Assembly: GCF_000008385.1 (NCBI RefSeq)
Contig: NC_006833.1
Location: 150,001 to 182,000, forward strand
Direction of reading: 5' to 3'
From: Wolbachia endosymbiont strain TRS of Brugia malayi
GTDB lineage: Bacteria > Pseudomonadota > Alphaproteobacteria > Rickettsiales > Anaplasmataceae
Length of the DNA stretch: 32,000 nucleotides
Part shown: positions 9,714 through 19,617 of the stretch, piece by piece
Numbering within the stretch: position 1 is the stretch's first letter
Layout: each line of letters begins with the position of its first letter
Translations under genes and position numbers: made by a program
Notes under the pieces: model-generated
Database searches by the model: none
The model's input: only the letters and a program-made list of their open reading frames with translations
What the model was told of the DNA's origin: nothing

Positions 9714-11191
9714 TTAAAATCACCCATAAACATTAAGTAAAGAGTACCAAAATAAATAACAGCACTTAAGACTACTAAAGCTGCCAGATAAATAACACGA
9801 GCAAATATTCTATCGAAGAATAATCCTGCTGATAAGGAACTAGAAACATAAAGAGCTACTGACATAACTGCTGTTGCTACAAGAATTTTTGCAATATTTA
9901 ATAATAATACTTGGTTAGCTTTGTACATTTTGTTTATTGTTAAGTAATTAATCAATAGAATAGAATTTATCCAAGTGGAAATGGAGGTAGCGATAGCAAT
10001 TCCCGTATGCTGATACTTATTCATTAATAGGAGATTTAGTACCACATTAATCCCAAGGCACGCTAGTGAAAATATAGTTGGTATTTTTAGATTACTTTTA
10101 GCAAAAAACGTGGGTAGCAATACTTTATTTATAATGAATGCAGGTAAAGAAAGAGAAAGTGCTATCAACGTTGGAGCGGTCTGTTGTACTGCATAGTGAT
10201 CAAACTTACCGTAAGAAAAAAGTGTCAGTAAAATTGTGTTTGGAATAATAATAAAGGCAGCAGTTGTTGGCATAATTAACATTAATCCTATGTTAAGAGC
10301 CCTGTTCTGTATTTTGACTGTATTTTCAGTATCATTTGCCTGTTTTGAGATTAAAGGAAGAAGCACTGTACCAATCGCAGTACCAACTACTCCTTGCGGT
10401 AATTGATTTAGTCTATCAGCATAATATATATAGGACACTGCATTTGGTATAAAACTTGCCATAATTGTATCAATCCATAGGCTTATCTGAATTACGCAAC
10501 TGTTGATAATTGCTGGTATCACACGCTTAAAAAACAACTTTACTTCATTACTCAATTTCATGCTAAAAAAAAAGAAGGCCTTTAATTTGTATGCACCAAA
10601 CAGCATCAATAATAACTGCAACATTCCTCCGATTAGAACAGCTATAGAAAGATTATGAGCCGGTGTTTTTATGTAAGGTACAAGCAAGCTAGCGATTAAA
10701 CAGAGGTTTAAAATAATCGGCGCAATAGCTGTTGAAGCAAAATGTTGCTTAACTTGTAACATCCCTCCAATGAGGGAAGCAATTGAAGCAAAAATTATGT
10801 AAGGCATCATAATTCTTGACAAAGTTACAGCAAGAGCAAGCTTGCTTTGGTCGAATCCAGGAGTAAATATTTGAACCATATAAGAAAAGAAAGTTTGCAT
10901 TATGAGGCAAAAATTTAATACGATAATAAACGTAATGGATATTACACTACTTGCAAAATTAAATGCTCTTTTGCTATCACGTGATTCTGCCGAATACAAT
11001 GGTACAAAAGAGGTAGCGAATGCTCTCTCTGCAAAAAACGCTCGAAATAGGCTGGCGAAGCGAAACGAAGAAAAAAATACATCTGCAAGAGAGGTTGCGC
11101 CTACAACCATAGCAATTAATATGTCTCTTATTAATCCTGAGATTCTTGAAACAGCCGTAAAAAAACTAAATGTGAAAATACTTTTAAACAT
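9698..11191 (-). CDS. murJ: Lipid II flippase MurJ (MviN)
   Basis: 497-aa polytopic ORF. The N-terminus FTAVSRISGLIRDILIAMVVGATSLADVFFSSFRFASLFRAFFAE is the MurJ signature. Confidence 0.9.
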   Translation of the reverse strand: MFKSIFTFSFFTAVSRISGLIRDILIAMVVGATSLADVFFSSFRFASLFRAFFAERAFATSFVPLYSAESRDSKRAFNFASSVISITFIIVLNFCLIMQTFFSYMVQIFTPGFDQSKLALAVTLSRIMMPYIIFASIASLIGGMLQVKQHFASTAIAPIILNLCLIASLLVPYIKTPAHNLSIAVLIGGMLQLLLMLFGAYKLKAFFFFSMKLSNEVKLFFKRVIPAIINSCVIQISLWIDTIMASFIPNAVSYIYYADRLNQLPQGVVGTAIGTVLLPLISKQANDTENTVKIQNRALNIGLMLIMPTTAAFIIIPNTILLTLFSYGKFDHYAVQQTAPTLIALSLSLPAFIINKVLLPTFFAKSNLKIPTIFSLACLGINVVLNLLLMNKYQHTGIAIATSISTWINSILLINYLTINKMYKANQVLLLNIAKILVATAVMSVALYVSSSLSAGLFFDRIFARVIYLAALVVLSAVIYFGTLYLMFMGDFKCTKL

Positions 11192-11248
11192 TGCTATTTA
11201 CCACTACTCTAGATTGTGCTTAGTGTCAATATAATTGACTGTAATAGC

Positions 11249-11928
11249 TTAAGTAGAAATAACGGGCCTGATAGGTGACTTTATACCGTTGTTAAAAACC
11301 CATATGCTAAATACAAAGCCTAAAAGCCCAGTTAGTGCAGGTACTGTTAACTTTTTTACTGGCGCCCAAAAAGGATACAGAGAAAAGTGGAAAATGCTTC
11401 GATGCTGCTATCCATTCACTAGGGTTTAGGAAAAGTTTAAGTGTGTTAGGAAAAAATGATATAATTGAGTATAGAAGTGAAACGCTAAAACCAAGAATAA
11501 GAAAATGCTAACAGAAATAAGTATTGATGACTCAGTAAGAGCAAAACCCATGGCAGGCAAAAAAACTGTTGTCAGCTTTATCTGAACGAGAAAATATAAG
11601 AGAAATATCAAACAAGCCACAGAAACATAAGTTTATTGCAAATGTTATATTAGCAATACCAGTATACAAACAGGAGATTGCATATTAAAATCCCAGCCCG
11701 CTGCATAACCTATATCATGCAATGTCAATAGCGTTAAGTATAATATCAACATGCTAGTCAATGCTCCAGGATGTAGGCTATTTCATTTAATTTCAGCTTA
11801 AATGAGTCGCTAGGACCATTAATTATTGCTGCTATTTTTAGAGAAAGAACAGGAAAAACATAAGGCATAAAGTTAAGTATCACACCACCAATAAACGCGA
11901 ACGCTGAATTTATTAAAAACCCCACACT
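11249..11928 (-). pseudogene. DsbD/ScsB-family thiol:disulfide interchange transmembrane core, truncated and frameshifted remnant
   Basis: Minus-strand fragments lie in different frames. They read FLINSAFAFIGGVILNFMPYVFPVLSLKIAAI (LN-MPCV-PVLSLK motif with Cys replaced by Tyr, codon TAT), AGWDFNMQSPVCI (GWGFQ-QSP motif), ORF 11426-11620 (TM segments) and FWAPVKKLTVPALTGLLGFVFSIWVF. No N-terminal periplasmic domain lies upstream. Confidence 0.5.
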
Positions 11929-11987
11929 TTACATATAATGAGAACTACAACACAGTCTGAAGTAAAAGAATCTGCTTAAATAGTCAA

Positions 11988-12015
11988 TTGACTTTTTTTG
12001 CTGATATGTTAGATA
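11988..12015 (+). promoter_or_regulatory. Candidate sigma-70-type promoter for tRNA-His
   Basis: TTGACT (11988-11993), a 16-nt spacer, then TAGATA (12010-12015), about 45 nt upstream of the tRNA. Sequence match only, in an AT-rich background. Confidence 0.25.
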
Positions 12016-12059
12016 TTTTATATTTCTTGCACTTATGTATTAGAAGTTCCATACTTTTT

Positions 12060-12133
12060 GGCGGGCGTAGCTCAGTTGGTAGAGCGTCAGTTTGTGGTAC
12101 TGAATGTCGCCAGTTCGATTCTGGTCGCTCGCC
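12060..12133 (+). tRNA. tRNA-His (anticodon GTG) with genomically encoded G-1
   Basis: Manual cloverleaf: acceptor GCGGGCG/CGCTCGC, D arm GCTC-AGTTGGTA-GAGC, anticodon arm TCAGT-TTGTGGT-ACTGA, variable loop ATGTC, T arm GCCAG-TTCGATT-CTGGT, discriminator C at 12133. The extra G at 12060 pairs with C73. CCA is not encoded (tca follows). Confidence 0.92.
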
Positions 12134-12185
12134 TCAATAAATTTTTTTTGCTTTACGAAGGTATGAATACTAAATCAGTGTGCAA

Positions 12186-12933
12186 TTACACAGTCGGCAA
12201 AAATTCTCTAATCGTCTGAAATAAAAATTCCAACGAACGGTTGTCAGACGTGTTATGTTCTACTGATTTTACCAGATATACCTCAACATTGGTTGACTTG
12301 ACCTTTTTTGCTAAATTTAACGAAGTTTGGCAAGGAATATCTTTATCATCAATGCTGTGCAATAAACGCACAGGACAGTTTATATCTATTGTCTCTTTAT
12401 TTAAAAGAAGGTTTTTCCTGCCATCTTCTATCAAGCTTTTAGTTATTTTGTATATACAATGCTCTAAAGTAAAATCTATTACACCTTTAGAATCTAGTTC
12501 TTCTTTTTGCTTATCGGATAGTTGATAGAATATTAAATCCTCAGTAAAGTCAGGAGCAGACGATATGCCAATTAGTGCTGCAATTCCTTCTGAAAGTTGA
12601 AGAGCAGTGAGCAATATCAGCCACCCTCCCATGCTTGAACCTATAATTATTTGCTTGCCGCTAGTTAGTTTACGGATTACTCTAGCACAATTCTTTTGCC
12701 AATCATTCATCGTGTAATCAGTAAAATCACCACTTGAATAACTATGACCAAAGTAATCAAATAACACAAGTGCTATATCATTTTCTTTGACAAAATTTGT
12801 AAACAGCAGTTGCTTTAATTCCTTTCATACTGGATACAAATCCACCGAAAAAGACTATGGAAAAATTTTCCCTTCGTAGCTTGTAATATGCTATGTATTT
12901 ACCGTTTTCATCAAGCAAACTGCTGTAATTCAT
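12186..12933 (-). pseudogene. Alpha/beta hydrolase fold protein, single frameshift
   Basis: The ATG at 12933 gives MNYSSLLDENGKYIAYYKLRRENFSIVFFGGFVSSMKGIKATAVYKFCQ, then a stop. The shifted frame continues KENDIALVLFDYFGHSYSSGDF...IIIGSSMGGW (nucleophile elbow GSSMG)...H. The frame changes in the tract caaagaaaa (plus strand 12781-12792). Confidence 0.7.
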
Positions 12934-12934
12934 G

Positions 12935-13462
12935 TTATTTTGGTAAAGCAACCTGATTATCGCTTAATTGACGCAAGTAACTGACTAGATCTGCAATTTC
13001 CTGCGGATTGGAAATACCTGCAAATGCCATACGCGTACCTTTTATATAGTCTTTTGGACTCTTTAAGAAGGCAAATAACTCCTCATATCCCCACTTTCCG
13101 CCCTTTTCAAGCATTGCTTTTGAGTAATTGAATGAGTCACCGAGATGTGCTTTTTTATTTCCAACTATGTTCCATAAGTTTGGTCCTACTTTATTGGCTC
13201 CACCTTTGTCAAAACTGTGGCAAGCTATACATTTTTTCGCTATTGACTTGCCTTTCTCAAGGCTAGCACTCTGCATGAGCGCTCCAATATCAAGCGCCAC
13301 TTGTTCAATTTTTTTCTGAGGTTCATTACTACCAGTAGCTACCATTGTTTGGTGCTCAATTTTATACTTCTCTGGATTGTAAAGCATATCAACTACGTTA
13401 CTGACTATCATAATGATTAGCCCAGAAAGTAAAATCGATGCTGCAATCTTATTAAGCTCCAT
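12935..13462 (-). CDS. Membrane-anchored class I cytochrome c (c2/c552 type)
   Basis: 175-aa ORF. It has an N-terminal TM anchor AASILLSGLIIMIVSNVV, the heme site CIACHSF, GPNLWNIVG, and a distal Met in GTRMAFAGI. Confidence 0.88.
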   Translation of the reverse strand: MELNKIAASILLSGLIIMIVSNVVDMLYNPEKYKIEHQTMVATGSNEPQKKIEQVALDIGALMQSASLEKGKSIAKKCIACHSFDKGGANKVGPNLWNIVGNKKAHLGDSFNYSKAMLEKGGKWGYEELFAFLKSPKDYIKGTRMAFAGISNPQEIADLVSYLRQLSDNQVALPK

Positions 13463-13564
13463 AGTTAATCTTTATCAGTTAATGTTGCTTAAATTATGCG
13501 AATATTTTTACAGACGGCAAGCAATTACCTTAGCCCACCAAGGATAAAAATTTCTAATAGTTAG

Positions 13565-14122
13565 GTCACTGTTTCCATTCAGCCAAAGTAACTTGTGATC
13601 CAATCACATACTTATCTGGAATAACAGCTCCAATATACCTTCTGCAAACATTGCTGTAACAATCGTTCCCGTAATAATCACCTGACGGCAGCACAATAGC
13701 TACTATTCCTGTACCCGCTGCTATTTCTCACCAAGTTGCAAATACACCAAGAAGAGCAGCATTTACGGTTGCAGCAAGGTAAACTCCAGTTGCTACACTT
13801 GAGGCTGACATAGAGATAAAGAACAGCATCAGTGCTGCTATTACAAGTTTTTCTATAATAATTTCCTTCCCTTTTTCTTTGTAATCTCATTGCGATAGTA
13901 ACAGGGCAATCCTATAGCTACAAACACTAGCAAAGCTGGAACCCGCAATTTCACCTATTACTAAAAGTGACAGGACTATAAAATTGAGCCCTAACCCTAC
14001 AATAGCTCTATTACATTATCCACTCCTACAATAACTCCTATAACTACCCTTGCATCCCACTGAAATTCATAAGATTGATCTATTTGCTCATTAAGATCAC
14101 ACTTATAATTTCTTTTTCTCAT
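13565..14122 (-). pseudogene. Unidentified small integral-membrane protein gene, decayed
   Basis: Minus-strand pieces are separated by stops and shifts: MRKRNYKCDLNEQIDQSYEFQWDARVVIGVIVGV..., GLGLNFIVLSLLVIGEIAGS..., KEIIIEKLVIAALMLFFISMSASSVATGVYLAATVNAALLGVFATW (TGA) EIAAGTGIVAIVLPS...YIGAVIPDKYVIGSQVTLAEWKQ. I do not recognise the family. Confidence 0.3.
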
Positions 14123-14273
14123 ATAATCTCTCTAATGCTTTGCAAAAAATTTTATCATAGCACTTTTATGTTTAATTTGCAAGTTATTTACTGGAATTAC
14201 GCCATGCTTCAAAAAATGGTAAATTGCAATTGTAGAACAAACTTAAAAATTCTGGTAAAATAGTTTTGTTTAT

Positions 14274-16022
14274 TTGCAAAATATGCTACTTGGTATTGAA
14301 AAACGCGGCATAACAAATGCACTATGGAAGTTACAAGAAGCAGATCAAAGGGAAGTTTTAACCCTCACTCAGAGATTTGAATTACCAGAAATACTAGCCA
14401 GAACACTGGCTATTCGTGGTGTCAATATAGAAAATGCGGGCAATTTTTTATACCCACTAATCAGATCGCTATTACCAGATCCCTTTCATCTTCTTGATAT
14501 GGATAAAGCTGTTTTTCGCATAATACAGGCAATAAACAATGATGAAAATATAGCAATATTTGGTGACTATGATGTTGACGGTGCAACGTCATCAGCACTG
14601 ATTAGTAGGTACCTAAGAGCAATTGGTATACACTCCATAATCTACATTCCAGATCGTGTTGATGAGGGATATGGATTAAACTCAAATGCTTTATTACAGC
14701 TCAAAAAGAAAGGAATTGACTTATGTATTTCCGTTGATTGTGGTACGCTTGCATATCAGCCAATAGAAGATGCAAAAGGTTTTGGTCTTGATGTTATAGT
14801 TATTGACCATCACCTTGGCACAGAGAAATTGCCAAGTGCTATAGCAGTTGTGAACCCAAATCGTCTTGATGAGAGTTCCCCTTACAATAGCCTTGCAGCA
14901 GTTGGAGTATCATTTCTGCTAACTGTTGCTCTTAATAAAAGCTTGCGTGAGCAAGATTTTTTTGCCGGCAAAAAAGAACCAGATTTATTTGATTTACTAG
15001 ACTTAGTTGCTCTTGGAACTGTTTGCGATGTTATGCAGATTACTGGCTTGAATAGAGCATTCGTCTCACAAGGATTAAAAGTTATGTCAGCAAGAAAAAA
15101 CGTTGGCTTGCGTGTTTTGTTTGATGCTTTAGGAATTCTTGAAAGACCTAATGTTTCTCGGCTGAGTTTTAATATTGGGCCGTGCATAAATGCTGGAGGG
15201 AGAATCGGAGAAGCATTGTTAGGTGCAAGGTTACTCTCTACAGATGATAAAAAGGAGGCAGATTCTATAGCATTAAAACTGATAGATTTGAATAATGCAA
15301 GAAAGATGATGGAAAATGAGGCCCTTTTAGAGGCTATAATACAAGTGGAAAAGTCTACGCAGTCAGGTGCAAATTTTATAATGGTAAGCGGCAATTGGCA
15401 CCAGGGAGTAATTGGTATAATTGCATCAAGACTGAAGGAAAAATTTCACTTGCCGACAATAGTAATATCTTTAAACAATAGAATAGGGAAAGCAAGTTGC
15501 AGGTCAATTCCTGGAGTCGATATCGGTGCTGCAGTTCTTTCTGCAAAGTGCATGAATTTAATTATTGAAGGTGGCGGTCATAGTATGGCAGCAGGATTTT
15601 TGATTAATGAAGATAAAATGAGCGATCTACATGACTTTCTTACTGAAAGGTTTGCATACTCTACAAATGATAAAGCTTTAAAAGTTGACGGTATAGTAAC
15701 TGCTAAGGCAATAAACTTATCCCTGTGGAACCAATTGCAACGCCTCGAGCCATTTGGTGTTGGCAACCCTGAACCTAGGTTTATCATTCAAGGAGCAAAG
15801 ATCAGAAAGCCAGAAATTGTAGGAGTTGACCATATAAAATGTTTCATCGTCGATGATGACGTTATGGTCAGAGCTATTGCATTTCGTTCTGCAAATACCC
15901 ATCTTGGTTCTGCCATTATGGAGGGCAATATTGAGGCTATTTTAGGTAAAATCTCTATGAATTATTGGAACGGCAATGAGTTTGTGCAGTTTTTAATAGA
16001 AGATGTGTTGACCATCAGTTGA
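14274..16022 (+). CDS. recJ: Single-stranded-DNA-specific exonuclease RecJ
   Basis: 582-aa ORF. DHH family motifs IAIFGDYDVDGATSSA, SVDCG, VIDHH, GGHSMAAG. TTG at 14274; the alternative ATG is at 14283. Confidence 0.93.
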   Translation: MQNMLLGIEKRGITNALWKLQEADQREVLTLTQRFELPEILARTLAIRGVNIENAGNFLYPLIRSLLPDPFHLLDMDKAVFRIIQAINNDENIAIFGDYDVDGATSSALISRYLRAIGIHSIIYIPDRVDEGYGLNSNALLQLKKKGIDLCISVDCGTLAYQPIEDAKGFGLDVIVIDHHLGTEKLPSAIAVVNPNRLDESSPYNSLAAVGVSFLLTVALNKSLREQDFFAGKKEPDLFDLLDLVALGTVCDVMQITGLNRAFVSQGLKVMSARKNVGLRVLFDALGILERPNVSRLSFNIGPCINAGGRIGEALLGARLLSTDDKKEADSIALKLIDLNNARKMMENEALLEAIIQVEKSTQSGANFIMVSGNWHQGVIGIIASRLKEKFHLPTIVISLNNRIGKASCRSIPGVDIGAAVLSAKCMNLIIEGGGHSMAAGFLINEDKMSDLHDFLTERFAYSTNDKALKVDGIVTAKAINLSLWNQLQRLEPFGVGNPEPRFIIQGAKIRKPEIVGVDHIKCFIVDDDVMVRAIAFRSANTHLGSAIMEGNIEAILGKISMNYWNGNEFVQFLIEDVLTIS

Positions 16023-16032
16023 GTTACTGTAG

Positions 16033-17205
16033 CTACCTGTCAATCTCTCCGAAAACTATATCGAGTGAACCAATAATTGCTGCAACATCAGCAAGCATAT
16101 GTCCTTTTGCCATAAAATCTAGAGCTTGCAAATGTGCAAAGCCAGGTGCTCTTATTCGGCATCTATATGGTCTATTAGTGCCATCTGAAACTATATATAC
16201 TCCAAACTCGCCTTTTGGTGCCTCAACAGCTGCATAAGCCTCACCTTCTGGTACATGATACCCTTCTGAATAAAGTTTAAAATGGTGGATCAGAGCTTCC
16301 ATAGATCTTTTCATCTCGGTCCTTGGTGGTGGAGAAATTTTTCTATCTTCAGTTTTTACTGGCCCTTCAGGTATTTTCTCTATGCACTGCTTTACCAAAC
16401 TAACAGACTGTCTAATCTCTTCCATCCTCACTAGATAACGGTCATAACAATCACCATTTTGACCAACAGGTATATCAAAATCCAATTGATCATATATTTC
16501 ATATGGTTGACTTTTTCGTAGATCCCAAGCAAGCCCAGCAGCACGCAGCATTGGTCCACTAAAGCCCCAGTCAAGTGCCTGTTTGATTGATATTTCACTG
16601 ATTCCTACAGTGCGTTGCTTCCATATTCTATTTTCTGTTAAAAGCTCATCGACGTCATCTATATACTGGGGAAATTGTTCTATAAACTTTGCAATATCCT
16701 CAATCAAACCTTCTGGGACATCTGCTGCAACTCCACCTGGTCTGATGTAAGCTGCATGAAACCTTGCACCTGAAGCTCTTTCATAAAATTCCAATATCTT
16801 TTCCCTCTCTTCAAAGAGCCATAAAAGAGGAGTCATTGCGCCGACATCAAGTGCTTGGGAGGAGATATTGAGTAGATGATTTAGTATCCTTGTCAGCTCA
16901 CAAAACAAAACACGCAAATACTTTGCTCTAATTGGAACTTCACACTGCAGTAATTTCTCCACGCATAGTGAATACGCATGCTCTTGCGACATTGGTGATA
17001 CGTAGTCAAGGCGATCAAAATAAGGCAGAGCTTGGAGATAAGTTTTATGTTCTATTAGTTTTTCAGTACCACGGTGCAAAAGCCCAATGTGAGGATCAGC
17101 CCTTTCAATTATTTCACCATCCATCTCCAAAACAAGACGCAACACCCCATGCGCAGCTGGATGTTGAGGCCCAAAATTTAACATCATTGTCTTTAGATCT
17201 GACAT
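16033..17205 (-). CDS. nuoD: NADH-quinone oxidoreductase subunit D
   Basis: 390-aa [20 protein letters not shown]...[14 protein letters not shown]...C-terminal [12 protein letters not shown]. Confidence 0.97.
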   Translation of the reverse strand: MSDLKTMMLNFGPQHPAAHGVLRLVLEMDGEIIERADPHIGLLHRGTEKLIEHKTYLQALPYFDRLDYVSPMSQEHAYSLCVEKLLQCEVPIRAKYLRVLFCELTRILNHLLNISSQALDVGAMTPLLWLFEEREKILEFYERASGARFHAAYIRPGGVAADVPEGLIEDIAKFIEQFPQYIDDVDELLTENRIWKQRTVGISEISIKQALDWGFSGPMLRAAGLAWDLRKSQPYEIYDQLDFDIPVGQNGDCYDRYLVRMEEIRQSVSLVKQCIEKIPEGPVKTEDRKISPPPRTEMKRSMEALIHHFKLYSEGYHVPEGEAYAAVEAPKGEFGVYIVSDGTNRPYRCRIRAPGFAHLQALDFMAKGHMLADVAAIIGSLDIVFGEIDR

Positions 17206-17323
17206 GTCGATAGTTTAAGGTATTAGAGTTGTATAGATTAAAGTGCGGAAAGTCAATAGGCTTCTCGCATAACAAGCTAATTTTTGGTAGAGCATGGGCA
17301 TTGAACTGCCGTTAATAGAAACT

Positions 17324-17780
17324 AAAAACTACTTGACAAACCTCGCTAGCCCCCTTATCCCGATACTGGAGGTATTAAGTTACCTTCAATCTGTGCAGAT
17401 TAAAATAATAAAGTGTTATATAGTTAGCATCTTATGTTTAATTTTTTGCACTATATGTACCTTATGTCTTCACAATATTTCTAATTTTTTACCTATATAA
17501 GTTGAAACTCGCTTATAAAGCGTTTAGGACAGTATAATATACTAATTTGCAGGATTAGAGAGTAAATACTATCACCATAATATATCTTTTGCCTTTTTTT
17601 TGCCTAGTAAATTTCTAAAACATTTATGACTAAAGGTTAGTTGCAATAAAAAACAACTAAGTCGCGATTACTAAGTATTTAAAACATAAAAAAACGCTAG
17701 TGTTTTTAAATAGATATTAACTAGGGCTTCTTTTGTCTTTTTCTTACTTGGTGGATTTCTTAAATATTTGTAGCTGAAGC
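17324..17780 (+). repeat. Intergenic repeat copy B (457 bp, identical to 31241-31697); family-level similarity continues to about 17885
   Basis: Base-by-base comparison of the two printed copies shows no mismatch at a constant offset of 13917. The copy contains the hairpin ttagttg (17637-17643) / caactaa (17654-17660) and two T-rich...gtaaatttct / gtggatttct units about 141-144 bp apart. Confidence 0.9.
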
Positions 17781-18003
17781 AATTTAGAAGCAGCAGCGCC
17801 ACAAAAAATGTTAATATTTAAAATAATAAATATCTGCCTTTTTTCTAGGTTATGCAAAAAGTCTATTTTCTACATAAGATCTGTTGAAAAGGAAAGAATC
17901 TCTTTTTTTGTACCTGCTTGAATGAGGATTTAAGAAACAGAGATTTTGACTTCTTGTCCAATTATGGTAAGTAATTGGGGCCAGTTTGAAAAATGGCATT
18001 CAT

Positions 18004-19074
18004 CTATAATTCAATAGTTTTGAAATAATCAATATAGTTACCAAAATTATTTTGATCTACATCAGTTATCCAGGCTTGACATCGAATACTTAACATCTCT
18101 TCTATTAACACTTTTCTATAATACTTATCCAGGTGAGACATTATATCATCAAGTAGAAGGAGAGGTGCCTTATTGTAATGAATACACCTTGCTTTTACAC
18201 TAGATAAAATAATAGAAAGCAGTAATAACTTCTGTTCTCCAGTAGAACACAGATTTATTGGTAAGTCTCTTCTTTGACAAAAAACCTGAAATTTATCGTT
18301 ATTTACACAAAAGGTTATCCTACCAGTCAACGAGTCTTTTTCTCTATTTTCCCTTAAACGATTCTGAAAATATTTTGCAGTATCGCTTAAAGTTAGCTGG
18401 CTGTTAAATTTCAAACTCACCTTTGGAAAAAATTGAGTAGAATAGCTATTAATTGTGTCCTGCAACATTTTTAAAACAGATAATCGCATATCTAAGATAT
18501 TAACTGCATTAACAGCCATGATATTCTCAAGGCTAGAAAGCCAACTCTTGTTTAAAATGTTTTCCCTTAACAGTCTACCTCGCTCGCGTTTAGCTTTTCT
18601 ATATCTCATATAGTAGCAAGCGTAATTTTCTTCAAATAGTGAAACTATACGGTCTAAGAATTTCAACCTATCACTTGGAGAATTAAGAAGAATATAATCC
18701 ATTTGTGGAATTAGCCATATTACATTGGATATTCTATATAGAGATGAGTAACTTGATTGCATTTTTCCACCAATTTGTATCAGCTTCTTATTGAAACTTT
18801 TTGCAATACCGATTGAGTTAAGGTCTGCTCCATTAAAAAAATCATAGTGCACTGCCCAATCTTTATTACTGAATCTATTTTGCATCTCACTGGCTTTTGC
18901 TTTTTTCATCCCATTGCTTTTAGCAAGCAACGAGATTGCTTCAAGTATATTAGTTTTACCGATACCATTTTTGCCAATTATCACAACTGAACTGTCATCT
19001 GAGTCCAGTTCAAAATTTAAATGGTTACGAAAATTACTTAATTTCAACTTTTTTATGTAGCAATGGGCAGCCAT
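18004..19074 (-). CDS. recF: DNA replication and repair protein RecF
   Basis: 356-aa ORF. N-terminal IKKLKLSNFRNH...IIGKNGIGKTNILEAISLL and a C-terminal LLLLDDI Walker B-like block. Confidence 0.9.
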   Translation of the reverse strand: MAAHCYIKKLKLSNFRNHLNFELDSDDSSVVIIGKNGIGKTNILEAISLLAKSNGMKKAKASEMQNRFSNKDWAVHYDFFNGADLNSIGIAKSFNKKLIQIGGKMQSSYSSLYRISNVIWLIPQMDYILLNSPSDRLKFLDRIVSLFEENYACYYMRYRKAKRERGRLLRENILNKSWLSSLENIMAVNAVNILDMRLSVLKMLQDTINSYSTQFFPKVSLKFNSQLTLSDTAKYFQNRLRENREKDSLTGRITFCVNNDKFQVFCQRRDLPINLCSTGEQKLLLLSIILSSVKARCIHYNKAPLLLLDDIMSHLDKYYRKVLIEEMLSIRCQAWITDVDQNNFGNYIDYFKTIEL

Positions 19075-19090
19075 TAGCCTATTCTTTAAT

Positions 19091-19558
19091 TTATATTTTC
19101 TTTACTGCTTCCAGAACCTCATTAACATGTCCACTAACTTTTACGTTCTCCCAGATTCTCACTATCTTATCTTTTTTATCTATTAAAAAAGTAGTGCGTT
19201 CTATTCCCATATACTTTTTGCCAAACATACTCTTTTCTACCCAAACACCATATTTTTCCAACATTTTAGCGTTTTCATCAGAAATTAAATAAAATGGTAG
19301 AGAATATTTTGCCTTGAAGCTAGCGTGGCACTTAATACTATCTCTTGATGCACCAATTATCACTGTATCAAGGGAAGAAAAATCATTTATTTTATCTCTA
19401 AAGCCTTTTGCTTCCAGCGTACAACCTGGTGTATCGTCTTTAGGGTAAAAATAAAGAACTATATTTTTTTTATCAAAAAAATCACTCAATGATAAATTTT
19501 CACCAGAATCTGTTGGTAAACTAAAATCCGGTGCATTATTTCCTACTGCCAATTCCAC
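19091..19558 (-). CDS. bcp: Thioredoxin-dependent thiol peroxidase (peroxiredoxin Bcp)
   Basis: 155-aa ORF. YFYPKDDTPGCTLEA peroxidatic-Cys motif. Confidence 0.9.
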   Translation of the reverse strand: MELAVGNNAPDFSLPTDSGENLSLSDFFDKKNIVLYFYPKDDTPGCTLEAKGFRDKINDFSSLDTVIIGASRDSIKCHASFKAKYSLPFYLISDENAKMLEKYGVWVEKSMFGKKYMGIERTTFLIDKKDKIVRIWENVKVSGHVNEVLEAVKKI

Positions 19559-19617
19559 ATCTCCCTCCGTTAATAATACTTATAATAAATTGTAGTCAGA
19601 GTTTTCAAGAATTCTAG

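Noticed and set aside
13678-13890. 70-aa minus-strand ORF (MRLQRKREGNYYRKTCNSS...)
   Set aside because: The Cys/Arg/Ser-rich translation looks non-biological. The adjacent frame gives TM-like sequence (KLVIAALMLFFISMSASSVATGVYLAATVNAALLGVFATW) consistent with the flanking fragments, so this ORF is the wrong frame of a pseudogene.
16033-17205. nuoD standing alone, not in a nuoA-N operon
   Set aside because: Dispersed nuo genes are the normal arrangement in Rickettsiales-type reduced genomes. The gene itself looks intact and canonical.
17294-17500. 68-aa plus-strand ORF starting before and running into repeat copy B
   Set aside because: It sits in the non-coding repeat. The identical repeat copy C is not preceded by the same start context, and the diverged copy A does not preserve the frame. 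Its composition is simply that of AT-rich DNA.
17586-17885. Periodic repeat units considered as a possible CRISPR array
   Set aside because: The units are about 130-145 bp, imperfect, and lack the short direct repeat / unique spacer alternation. There are no cas genes in the window.
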